From positions 64,001 through 128,000 of IMG/VR virus record IMGVR_UViG_3300049846_002130: a stretch of 64,000 bases of DNA; one strand, written 5' to 3'. Source of the DNA: a virus. The notes under the pieces are model-generated. The model worked only from the letters and a program-made list of their open reading frames with translations. It was not told the DNA's origin and searched no databases. This document shows, piece after piece, positions 55,638 to 63,999 of the stretch; within the stretch, counting starts at the first letter, position 1, and each line of letters starts with the position of its first letter. A program made the position numbers and the translations under genes.

Positions 55638-55833
55638 CTATATCTATAGATATACCTATCGAATAGCAGATAGGACAAATATTACTTATATCGTCTCTAG
55701 TTGCTTTATAGCCACATTCTAATTCTGAACATATAAAGTACTTAGAAGCCAATTCCTGGTTTTCTGCTAGGGGTGGCTTTAGATTTTCTACTAATGACAA
55801 ATTCTTCATCCTTAGCAATATGTTTCTGTACAA
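55567..55833 (-). CDS. Zinc-ribbon protein
   Basis: CSELEC...CPIC; start uncertain. Confidence 0.5.
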   Translation of the reverse strand: MYRNILLRMKNLSLVENLKPPLAENQELASKYFICSELECGYKATRDDISNICPICYSIGISIDIDELINAPDGADVLEYIYEQMGFK

Positions 55834-57046
55834 GAAGTAGTTTTAAGTTTTTTTCTATTGTTCTTATACTGTCGTGAGTTAGTAGATTACTAATATCTAA
55901 GTCATTAGTAATAGTGTCTGAAATAGATAATTCTTTAGAAATCTTTGGAATAAGTTTGTTTTTTATAAGTTCCTTAAGCTCTTCAGTAGAATAGTTTCTG
56001 AAATGAACTTCGGTTAATCGATCTCTAAACGGCTTAGATAGTTTAGTATTGTCATTACTTGTAAATATAAAGGTAATGTTAGAAACATCAATAGGTTGAT
56101 TTATATAAGCATCTACCCAATTGGTATTCTGGCTTGGATCTAATAAACTTAAAAAGCTATTTTGTACTTCCGTGGAGCTTTTATCTATCTCGTCACATAC
56201 AAGAATTGGGTTTAAGCATTTGGTATTAATTAGTTCTTGAACTATAATTCCTGGAGAACTATTTGTATACGTTCTTAGGAAGCCAGAAACATAATTTTTA
56301 TCAGTCTTATCTCCGAGACTAAACACTCTCATTGGAGTTTCTAGTAGCTTTGCTAAATCATATGCAAACGTAGTTTTACCTACACCAGGAGGCCCACTAA
56401 ATAATAATGGTGGAAGGCCAGGCTTATCTAAGAAATAAGAGTAGCGTATGGTTAAGTACAACATAAGCTGATCTTCTTTTGATAAAGGTAAGACTTCTAT
56501 AAGATTTTTTATCTCTCCAATAGCATATTTTAAAGGTAGAGTTGTTTTAGGGATTTGGTCTAGGTACTGAATATAATTATTTAGATTATTATATTCAGTA
56601 GATCCAGGAACGAGTTTAGATAAACTGGACTTTAAAGAAAGCAACTTATTTGTTTTTTCTAAAAGAAACATAAGTGCTTCTTGAGAAGATAGCTCAAGAT
56701 ATTTTGCTCTTTCCTCTAAAGATGTCAGTATTAGTTCTGCTTTGCTATCTAATTCTTCAGTTGAAAAGCAATTAAGTGCATTAGCTTCTAGGGGCTCTGC
56801 AGAAATTGGTTCATATATATTACTTGTATAGTCTCTACAGAATATTTTAGATGTTGGTACAAATCTAATATTAGAGTCTTCAGGAAAAGCAGAGCCTATA
56901 TAACCTATAGTAAGTAGTTTGTCTTTATATGTAATTAGAACTACTGCTTCATATGGTTCTTGCGAATAGGGCTCAATATTAATTAATTTAAAACTTTGTA
57001 AGTATATAGGAATATGTACTTGTAATGGGACTATATGTATTCTCAT
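55742..57046 (-). CDS. Lon-type AAA+ ATPase lacking the protease domain, C-terminal IGF
   Basis: PGSTEYNNLNNYIQYLDQIP, GPPGVGKT, YTNSSPG.IVQ, NPILVCDEIDK, LLDPSQN..WVD.Y, FRDR; ends RKPGIGF. Confidence 0.85.
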   Translation of the reverse strand: MRIHIVPLQVHIPIYLQSFKLINIEPYSQEPYEAVVLITYKDKLLTIGYIGSAFPEDSNIRFVPTSKIFCRDYTSNIYEPISAEPLEANALNCFSTEELDSKAELILTSLEERAKYLELSSQEALMFLLEKTNKLLSLKSSLSKLVPGSTEYNNLNNYIQYLDQIPKTTLPLKYAIGEIKNLIEVLPLSKEDQLMLYLTIRYSYFLDKPGLPPLLFSGPPGVGKTTFAYDLAKLLETPMRVFSLGDKTDKNYVSGFLRTYTNSSPGIIVQELINTKCLNPILVCDEIDKSSTEVQNSFLSLLDPSQNTNWVDAYINQPIDVSNITFIFTSNDNTKLSKPFRDRLTEVHFRNYSTEELKELIKNKLIPKISKELSISDTITNDLDISNLLTHDSIRTIEKNLKLLLVQKHIAKDEEFVISRKSKATPSRKPGIGF

Positions 57047-57050
57047 TTAG

Positions 57051-57320
57051 TTATGATTTAACTAGACGAGTTACGAAAGCTTGAACAAGATCTTGTATTT
57101 CTTTTCTTAATAAATCACTGTCTTGTTTAGCTAACCTTCGCTCTTCCTTCTCCTCTTTTAAAAGACTATTCAGAAACTGAACTTCTTTTTGTGTATTTGT
57201 TGGAAACCATTTGGCTCTTATATAATGATATAAGAGTATGCCTACTGTGCTTTGACCAATAAAAGAAAATAATACTGTGACTGTAAACCAAAAGGTTACA
57301 AAGCTATCACTCAATATCAT
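57051..57320 (-). CDS. Membrane-anchored coiled-coil protein
   Basis: Hydrophobic N-terminus followed by a charged heptad. Confidence 0.5.
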   Translation of the reverse strand: MILSDSFVTFWFTVTVLFSFIGQSTVGILLYHYIRAKWFPTNTQKEVQFLNSLLKEEKEERRLAKQDSDLLRKEIQDLVQAFVTRLVKS

Positions 57321-57540
57321 CTTTTTTCTTTAGTTGACGTTTGGCTGGTTGAGGCTCTAACTTCGATTCTGACTTTGGTTCAGGAGTTGGTTTGCTATCA
57401 ACACTAATCAATGCTTCTAGCCTTTTAACGCTTTGCTCCAAAACTTCAATTCGGCTTCTTAAAAGCTTAATTTGTTTTGCCTGATGTATTGCTGTCATCA
57501 GCTCTTGACTCATAGCTCCTCCACGATACTTATTGCCCAC
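57307..57540 (-). CDS. Hypothetical coiled-coil protein
   Basis: Likely starts at MSQEL after a GAGGAG RBS. Confidence 0.45.
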   Translation of the reverse strand: MGNKYRGGAMSQELMTAIHQAKQIKLLRSRIEVLEQSVKRLEALISVDSKPTPEPKSESKLEPQPAKRQLKKKDDIE

Positions 57541-58112
57541 GCAATGTCTTCTACCAGAGTACTTCTCTTACTAGGATTTCTAAGAATATAGCTTGGATGA
57601 TATGTAGTCAAGACCAATATATCTTGTATAGTAAATCTTTGACTAGCAAAGGCTCCAAATCGATCTATTCTTGCTAGGCGACATAATGTATCAGCTGCCA
57701 CACGGCCCAGTCCAAGTATGAACTTAGGTTTAACCAACTGTATTTGTTTTACAAGAAAAGGCTGACAAGCTAGTTGTTCTTCAAGCAAAGGGGTTCTGTT
57801 ATAAGGTGGCCGATGTTTAACTACATTGGTAACAAATGTCTTATGTCTTTTGTTATCCCACCCAGCTTCAGTCAAGACTTGCTGAAGTAGCTGACCGGCG
57901 GGCCCGACAAGGGGCACGCCGAAGCCGTCATCATAAAGCTCTGGATTACTTTCTACCTCACCAGGAGCCTCAGCACAGATAAATAGCTCAGCAGAGCTAT
58001 GGCCCTCTCCAGGCACCGGAAGCCATGGGCTAGAGTGATCGGTATTTAATATACAGCCTGTGCACTGCTTAATTTGGGTTCGAAGACTCTGTAGTGAGTA
58101 AGGCTCTGACAT
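57510..58112 (-). CDS. udg: Uracil-DNA glycosylase family 4
   Basis: CTGC, VPGEG, AEAPG, LVGPAG.LL, TNVVKHRPP.NR.P, TYHPSY. Confidence 0.93.
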   Translation of the reverse strand: MSEPYSLQSLRTQIKQCTGCILNTDHSSPWLPVPGEGHSSAELFICAEAPGEVESNPELYDDGFGVPLVGPAGQLLQQVLTEAGWDNKRHKTFVTNVVKHRPPYNRTPLLEEQLACQPFLVKQIQLVKPKFILGLGRVAADTLCRLARIDRFGAFASQRFTIQDILVLTTYHPSYILRNPSKRSTLVEDIAWAISIVEEL

Positions 58113-58932
58113 GGTTAGGAACCTCTAACGAATAACGATTAGCATATTTAAGTATGCGTTGAGAGACTATATCTAGATGACGAGATATTATCTTATGTCT
58201 TGGTAAGGAGAACATATCTAGTTGTTCTTGAGTTAAGGAAAGCTTACTATCAATAATATCTAAAATAGTTGCATCAGAGACTATTACTGTTTTTAGAATA
58301 GAGTCGTTAAATACAATAGCTACTTGAGCATGAGTAATATCAAAAGAAGCTAGATATCTAATTACATCTTTATAAAAACATTCAGCATCTAAATCTAGTA
58401 CATATTGAGCCGAGAGGGGAATCTGATTGACAACTTTACTAAGTGAGTAAGTGGCCAACCTTTCTATTACATACCCTCGATGTTTAGTAAATCTTGTATA
58501 GGATCTTAATAGGTTGCTTAAGATTACAGCTGCAGGGTTACAATTAACTATTTGTATACCATTTATATATATATTAGGTAAGGTTGGTTGAAAGTTAAAA
58601 TCTATAACCGGAACTTTTGTATACGAGGGAAATGGATTATTAACGACGGAATGCTCTTTTCGAAACTCTTCATAAGCTGGTGAGGCTCTATCTAAATAAA
58701 TATCTAGATCCTGAGTATAAGTATAAGTAGGGCCTAGGCCTAAGCTTAATAAAAGATATGTTAATGCTGCGCCACCACAAATTGCCCACTGTCCAGATTG
58801 ATATTTAGATTTCTGTAGGGTCTCAAATACATTAGAACCTAATATAGCTAATTCTGATTTAATGTTTTCAGGAACCGGATTACAAGAAAATGTTTGCACA
58901 TATTTCTCAATGTCTCCTATTGAGTATTTCAT
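58069..58932 (-). CDS. Pol-beta-superfamily nucleotidyltransferase (tRNA nucleotidyltransferase/poly(A) polymerase-like)
   Basis: ICGGAA...DLDIY; SFDITHAQV. Confidence 0.6.
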   Translation of the reverse strand: MKYSIGDIEKYVQTFSCNPVPENIKSELAILGSNVFETLQKSKYQSGQWAICGGAALTYLLLSLGLGPTYTYTQDLDIYLDRASPAYEEFRKEHSVVNNPFPSYTKVPVIDFNFQPTLPNIYINGIQIVNCNPAAVILSNLLRSYTRFTKHRGYVIERLATYSLSKVVNQIPLSAQYVLDLDAECFYKDVIRYLASFDITHAQVAIVFNDSILKTVIVSDATILDIIDSKLSLTQEQLDMFSLPRHKIISRHLDIVSQRILKYANRYSLEVPNHVRALLTTESSNPN

Positions 58933-59126
58933 GAATCCATCTCCTTTCTTCTAGAGTCTAGATAGCCTTGTATGCCTAACCAGAGCATAGTAATCATCAT
59001 CCAGCTATTAGCATCTATATAACGAGTAAAGAGTGCAATAGTAGCAATAGTCCAAGCTATAAATTTCCTACTATTTGCCTTATTAACAAAATTTTCTATG
59101 TGTTGGCAAAGTTTATCAAGTGTCAT
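58929..59126 (-). CDS. Holin-like small membrane protein
   Basis: SRKF followed by two hydrophobic helices. Confidence 0.5.
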   Translation of the reverse strand: MTLDKLCQHIENFVNKANSRKFIAWTIATIALFTRYIDANSWMMITMLWLGIQGYLDSRRKEMDS

Positions 59127-59143
59127 AAATAATATGAGAGCGC

Positions 59144-59614
59144 CTATTCAGCGCTCTCATCCTCCCATAAAGATGGAATCTGCTGTAAAGCTAGATCCCT
59201 AATTGTACGAATATATTCCTGTATAGCAAGAATATCTTTAACCACATAAATCTTTTCTAAGAAGTCTCGTCCAGATACAGTAGGTATTTGGGAAATCCTC
59301 ATTGCCTTTTTAGTAATGAAGTCATCTTCATCTAAACTCAAGAAGTAATTAAATTCGTTGAGTGTATGATGGGCTTCATATGGACTAACTTCATGTAGCT
59401 TGTTATAGAGTTTAGCTACAAGGGTTGCCATCGGTCCGCAAGGTAAAAGTTTAGTAGTAAGAGTAAAACTACCAATAGCTATTCTTCTAAACAAATCAGC
59501 ATAGGGTAATAGAATTGCAAATAAAGCATCGTCAACATTCTGACTAGTAGCATTATCTAAATCTTTGTTCTCTAGGTTTGGATTATAGGCAATAGCCTCT
59601 GGTTTCAGTTTCAT
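59144..59614 (-). CDS. Hypothetical protein
   Basis: 156 aa; GGAGG RBS. Confidence 0.5.
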   Translation of the reverse strand: MKLKPEAIAYNPNLENKDLDNATSQNVDDALFAILLPYADLFRRIAIGSFTLTTKLLPCGPMATLVAKLYNKLHEVSPYEAHHTLNEFNYFLSLDEDDFITKKAMRISQIPTVSGRDFLEKIYVVKDILAIQEYIRTIRDLALQQIPSLWEDESAE

Positions 59615-59871
59615 TATCAGCCTCCAATAAGAATGAGTCTAACAAATTAGGTTAGCTTAGAAAAGACAAACTTTATAGTGCCTGCCACAGGATACTGTCT
59701 AACCCAGTATTGATAGAGTTGAACTATCCACTTATACGTACAAGGTATTAAATGTAATCTTTTCTACATTTAAACTCAAACTTATTATAGGTGGGTAAGG
59801 CATCGAGTTCAACGATGCTTTCTACTAGCTACAAGCTAATCTGGATTGTCTTCTTACACATACCCAAGTAA

Positions 59872-59953
59872 TTGGAGAGACTAGATTTGAACTAGTGAAC
59901 CTTTTGGGAACGGTTTTACAGACCGCATGCTTTAGCCTCTTGCATACTCTCCA
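59872..59953 (-). tRNA. tRNA-Tyr (GTA), long variable arm, no encoded CCA
   Basis: TGGAGAG TA TGC AAGAGGCTAAA GCA T GCGGT CTGTAAA ACCGT TCCCAAAAGGTTC ACTAG TTCAAAT CTAGT CTCTCCA A. Confidence 0.85.
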
Positions 59954-60115
59954 AAAAAACTAGTGTAGATAGATGCTCGGCTCAGCGAATAAACACCTTA
60001 AGTGATCAGACAAAAAGTTAATCATTCTTTTCAGCTTTGCTACAGGATGATCTTCCCAGCTGTAATTTCTTCTACCAACAGCTTTTTACACTAGAGCCCG
60101 GTACCAGGCTTTTAA

Positions 60116-60189
60116 TGGCCAAGGTAGGAGTCGAACCTACGACGCATAGCTCTTCGGGCTATCGCTCATACCAACTGAGCTACTCGGCC
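60116..60189 (-). tRNA. tRNA-Phe (GAA), no encoded CCA
   Basis: GGCCGAG TA GCTC AGTTGGTAT GAGC G ATAGC CCGAAGA GCTAT GCGTC GTAGG TTCGACT CCTAC CTTGGCC A. Confidence 0.9.
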
Positions 60190-60286
60190 TAAGGTGTAGA
60201 TAACAATTTAAACAACTTATTAGTTTAATTCCAATTATAAATGTAAAGTTGTTAGCATTTATCTACAAGATAGATTTATCTAGAAA

Positions 60287-60469
60287 CTAAAAGACTTTTT
60301 TGGCTTTAGTATAAGCAAAACCCTTTTTGCCTATACGAGTAGTAACTTGGCCTTTAGAGTTTAGACCTACTCTCGCACCAGGGATACCAATACTAGTGGA
60401 TATACCTGTTTTACTAATTGTAATGTTTATTGGACCTACTTTGAAGGTCTTAGATGCAGAGAGTTTCAT
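60287..60469 (-). CDS. DUF4236-like small basic protein
   Basis: KTFKVGPINITISKTGISTSIGIPGARV. Confidence 0.75.
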   Translation of the reverse strand: MKLSASKTFKVGPINITISKTGISTSIGIPGARVGLNSKGQVTTRIGKKGFAYTKAKKVF

Positions 60470-60485
60470 TACTCCTCCAATAGTA

Positions 60486-61109
60486 CTAGATTAATCTAGA
60501 GCCTACCTTATTTTCAACTGCAGCAGAACGATCAGCATCTGTAAAGAAGTTGTCGCCACTAACCTTATCTTCAGCCCAGCCATCGATAATATTTAGCAGC
60601 GAATTCAATGCTGCTTCAAAGTTATGAGCTGTGTTGCTCATCTGCAATGTTTTGCCTGGTTTGATACCTAGCTTAGTAGAATATTCGATAGCTTTCTTAT
60701 CTGTACCCATAAAAAGCCAATCCCACCGCAGCGCAGTTTCCATTGTTCGAATACGCTCGCAAATGTTTTTGGCTGTACCAGAATCATAGTGACCATCTTG
60801 TCCATCAGTGAATACGATGGAAAGTACTTTATCTGTAGGCTGAAATCCTGTTGAAGTATTTAAACTATCTAAAAATTTAGATAGTGATCCACAAATATCA
60901 GTATCACTACCGTTTGCTGAATAGCTTCTACGAAGGTCAGCAACAGAAACATATTCGTTTCCAATATAGCCGGAGAAAGTTCTGGCATATAACTGGACAT
61001 CCTTCTTATCTAGTAAAAGCTGTAGCCTATCTAGAAAAGAGCGTAGTGTATGTTTATGGCTTGCCATCGAGCCTGAATCATCTAATAATAATGCTAATTT
61101 CTTTTGCAT
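60486..61109 (-). CDS. vWA (MIDAS) domain protein
   Basis: LLLDDSGSM, DTDICGSL, IVFTDG, WDWLFMG. Confidence 0.85.
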   Translation of the reverse strand: MQKKLALLLDDSGSMASHKHTLRSFLDRLQLLLDKKDVQLYARTFSGYIGNEYVSVADLRRSYSANGSDTDICGSLSKFLDSLNTSTGFQPTDKVLSIVFTDGQDGHYDSGTAKNICERIRTMETALRWDWLFMGTDKKAIEYSTKLGIKPGKTLQMSNTAHNFEAALNSLLNIIDGWAEDKVSGDNFFTDADRSAAVENKVGSRLI

Positions 61110-61268
61110 GTAAGTCTCCTATGCAATGCCTTCGTTAGAAGGCTTATATTTTAGTACAAAGCCTAGCCAAGGCGACCATTAGGTCGCCTCCCAGCCCCAG
61201 GGTTAGGGACTATATAAACTTATTCATAATTTATCAGGCTGACTATTTTTTTAATATAATTTTTAAAA

Positions 61269-62264
61269 TTACCAGCCCCAATCGCCCATTAAATTACCAA
61301 CACTGTAATCGCTCACCCTCCCCTCAAAGAAATTTTTCAAACTATCTCCACTCATAATCCAGTCTAACCAGGGTAGTGGATTTGTTTCTATTTCATAGTT
61401 TGCTTTAAGGCCAAGCATTTGAAGCCTACGATCAGCAATATATCTTATATATACTTTCATTTCTTCTGGTGTTAGGCCTTCAATTGGTCCCATAGCAAAA
61501 GCTTTATCTATAATAATATCTTCAACTTCTACAGCTTGACGGTACATACTGTAGATATATTTTTTAAATTCATTACTAATAATTTGGGGGTGCTCTTCGC
61601 AGAACTTTTTAAATAGCCAGCTCATGCCTTGTAGATGTAGTGTTTCGTCCCTAATAGACCATTCAACTACAGTGCACATGCCCTTCATCTTACCAAAGCG
61701 TTGGTAGTTCATTAACATGGCAAAGGCACTAAAGAGGCTCATGCCTTCATTGCATACTGTATGAGCTAGCTGATAAGCCATAGTCTTTATTTCTGCTTCT
61801 CTTATAGACGCTTCATTAGGAAAGGCTCCTACAGAATGATAATCAGACATAAGATCTACTTTGTGTTTCATATCTTTATCAGATAAAAAAGCACCGTACT
61901 CAGATTCATCCATACCTAATGTATCGTTTAACAACGCATATGCTCGCTGATGAATTGCTTCGCGAGAAGCGAAGCTCATGAGCATTTGTCGTATCTCATG
62001 ACTTCTAAAGAACGGAATGAATCTGTCACAGTAGTTAGAGGCGACCTGCACATCAGTCTGAGTAAACAGCCGCAGAATTTCCGTTATATGGTTCTTCTCT
62101 GCAGGGGTTAGGATTCCAGTTTTCCATTGTTTAATATCTTCTTGAAGTTCTGCTTCCCATTCACCCCACGCAGCGCGATCTGACTGAATGGCAAAGTCAA
62201 TTGCTTCTGGATATTTAAATGGCTTATATGTTTGGCTATAATGTTCTAAGCTCATAGTTAACAC
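61269..62264 (-). CDS. nrdB: Ribonucleotide reductase class I beta subunit
   Basis: FTQTD, REAIHQRAY, EGMSLFSAF, WSIRDETLH, NFFE.RV.DY. Confidence 0.96.
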   Translation of the reverse strand: MLTMSLEHYSQTYKPFKYPEAIDFAIQSDRAAWGEWEAELQEDIKQWKTGILTPAEKNHITEILRLFTQTDVQVASNYCDRFIPFFRSHEIRQMLMSFASREAIHQRAYALLNDTLGMDESEYGAFLSDKDMKHKVDLMSDYHSVGAFPNEASIREAEIKTMAYQLAHTVCNEGMSLFSAFAMLMNYQRFGKMKGMCTVVEWSIRDETLHLQGMSWLFKKFCEEHPQIISNEFKKYIYSMYRQAVEVEDIIIDKAFAMGPIEGLTPEEMKVYIRYIADRRLQMLGLKANYEIETNPLPWLDWIMSGDSLKNFFEGRVSDYSVGNLMGDWGW

Positions 62265-62497
62265 AGTCCACTAACAAGAATAGGCTTGTAACCAACACTT
62301 GTATGAAAAGTACGCAATTCTCCAGAAGGTGCTTTTGCTAACAAACAGAAAGAACCATCTCTTGGATCTATTGATAGACCAACTAATGTCCATGATTGAT
62401 CATATATTTTAAATGTAGTACCTAGTTGCAAGCTTGTTACAAAATTTTGTGTAATTATTTTTTCCATAATTTTTCCTACGCATGGCAAGCCATGCAT
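62258..62497 (-). CDS. Hypothetical protein between nrdA and nrdB
   Basis: 79 aa ORF overlapping both neighbours. Confidence 0.4.
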   Translation of the reverse strand: MHGLPCVGKIMEKIITQNFVTSLQLGTTFKIYDQSWTLVGLSIDPRDGSFCLLAKAPSGELRTFHTSVGYKPILVSGLC

Positions 62498-63999
62498 TCG
62501 TCTTCATCTTTAGCCATATAATCTTTAAGAGCTACTCGCTGTATTTTATTAGCTACTTTATCAGCCTGAACAGTAGAACTAGTTCTGTAGTAGTACAAGC
62601 CTTTAACCCCAGATTTCCAGGCTTTAAGATGGACCTTATTAACATAAGCCCTATCTACATTTGCTGGAAAGAATAGATTAACTGACTGACCCTGACATAT
62701 ATAATGTTGTCTGTCAGCAGCATGTTGAACTACCCATTCTTGGTTTAGCTCAAAAGCTGTTTTATATATGTGTTTTTCATGCTCATCTAATTCTTGTAAA
62801 TGTTGTACTGACCCATTACTAAGAATAATGGAATTCCATATTTCATCTAATTTGCTACTACTATAACCTTTAGAGATAAGTAGAGCTTCTAGATGCTTGT
62901 TCTTAACTAGCCAACTACCCACACGGGTTCTATGTGTGTAGGCATTAGACTTATTAGGTTCAATACTGGGGCTGGTATTGGCAATGATAGATGTATTGGC
63001 GTTAGGCGCTATAGCTAATAGATGTGCATTACGTCTGCCTGTACCTATTCCACCTGGATACTCTCCACGTTCTAAAGCTAATTGCTTAGTAGATTTAATA
63101 GCTTCCTGTTGAATATGAGAACTCATATTATGATTAACTATAGAAGCTATTGCAGACTCCCATGGAATACCATTCTTTTGTAAATAAGAATGAAATCCCA
63201 TCAGACCTAAGCCTAACGAACGTTCATTTATAGCTGCTTTAATAGCAGAGCTTAGCTCTACAGGGGCATGGCTAATAAAGATATCTATTACATTATCTAG
63301 TAATCTAATAGCATCTTGAACAATTAATGTATCTTTCCAATCATCATAGTGTTCCGCAACTAATGAGCTTAAACAACAGACAGCTGTATAATTGTTGTCT
63401 GTTGGAAGCTCAATCTCAATGCACAGATTTGAACCTCTGATTTTTAGGCCTTGGTCTTTAAGTGTTTGTGGCAATGCTTTATTAGCTGTATCAATAAAGT
63501 GTAAATAAGGCTCTCCAGTTCTAGCTCTGGTTTCTAATATCTTATGCCAAAGCTGACGAGCATTAATTTGTTCTTTAACTTCATTGTTGTGTGGATCAAT
63601 TAAATTAAACAAGGAATCGTTTTGAACACAATGCATAAACTCATCTGTAATATTAATAGCATTGTGTAGATTAAAACACTTTCTGTTTTCGTCACCACCA
63701 GTTGGAACTCTTATATTTAAGAACTCAACAATATCTGGGTGTGATATATCTAGATATGCAGCATAAGAGCCGCGCCGGCTGCCTTTCTGATGGTAGGCAG
63801 TCATATCGGCATCAACTGTTTTTAAGAATGGAATGGGCCCTGGCGACTTCTTGCTAACAGCACGAATGTCAGACCAATGGCCTCCGACACCGCCACCCTT
63901 AACAGAAAGCCAACGTAGCTCAGAGCTATGGCTAATTAAAGAATGGAGATTATCGTCCACATAGGTTAAGTAACAACTAATTGGTAAGCCCTGCCAAGG
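62476..63999 (-). CDS. nrdA: Ribonucleotide reductase class I alpha subunit (5' end beyond the window)
   Basis: Frame open to the window edge (GLPISC); GSNLCIEI, RSLGLG, AIAPNANTS, KGLYYYR, C-terminal CMACH. Confidence 0.96.
   Translation of the reverse strand, partial: PWQGLPISCYLTYVDDNLHSLISHSSELRWLSVKGGGVGGHWSDIRAVSKKSPGPIPFLKTVDADMTAYHQKGSRRGSYAAYLDISHPDIVEFLNIRVPTGGDENRKCFNLHNAINITDEFMHCVQNDSLFNLIDPHNNEVKEQINARQLWHKILETRARTGEPYLHFIDTANKALPQTLKDQGLKIRGSNLCIEIELPTDNNYTAVCCLSSLVAEHYDDWKDTLIVQDAIRLLDNVIDIFISHAPVELSSAIKAAINERSLGLGLMGFHSYLQKNGIPWESAIASIVNHNMSSHIQQEAIKSTKQLALERGEYPGGIGTGRRNAHLLAIAPNANTSIIANTSPSIEPNKSNAYTHRTRVGSWLVKNKHLEALLISKGYSSSKLDEIWNSIILSNGSVQHLQELDEHEKHIYKTAFELNQEWVVQHAADRQHYICQGQSVNLFFPANVDRAYVNKVHLKAWKSGVKGLYYYRTSSTVQADKVANKIQRVALKDYMAKDEDECMACHA

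Noticed and set aside
25976-62676. Short + strand ORFs opposite ThyX, primase, IMPDH, RecA, E1 and NrdA (for example 29217-29486, 34705-34956, 45834-46025, 52156-52461)
   Set aside because: Antisense to well-conserved genes and with no recognisable features
62476-63999. Intein or intron in nrdA, nrdB, thyX, recA or the helicase
   Set aside because: Conserved motifs are contiguous at normal spacing, with no insertions
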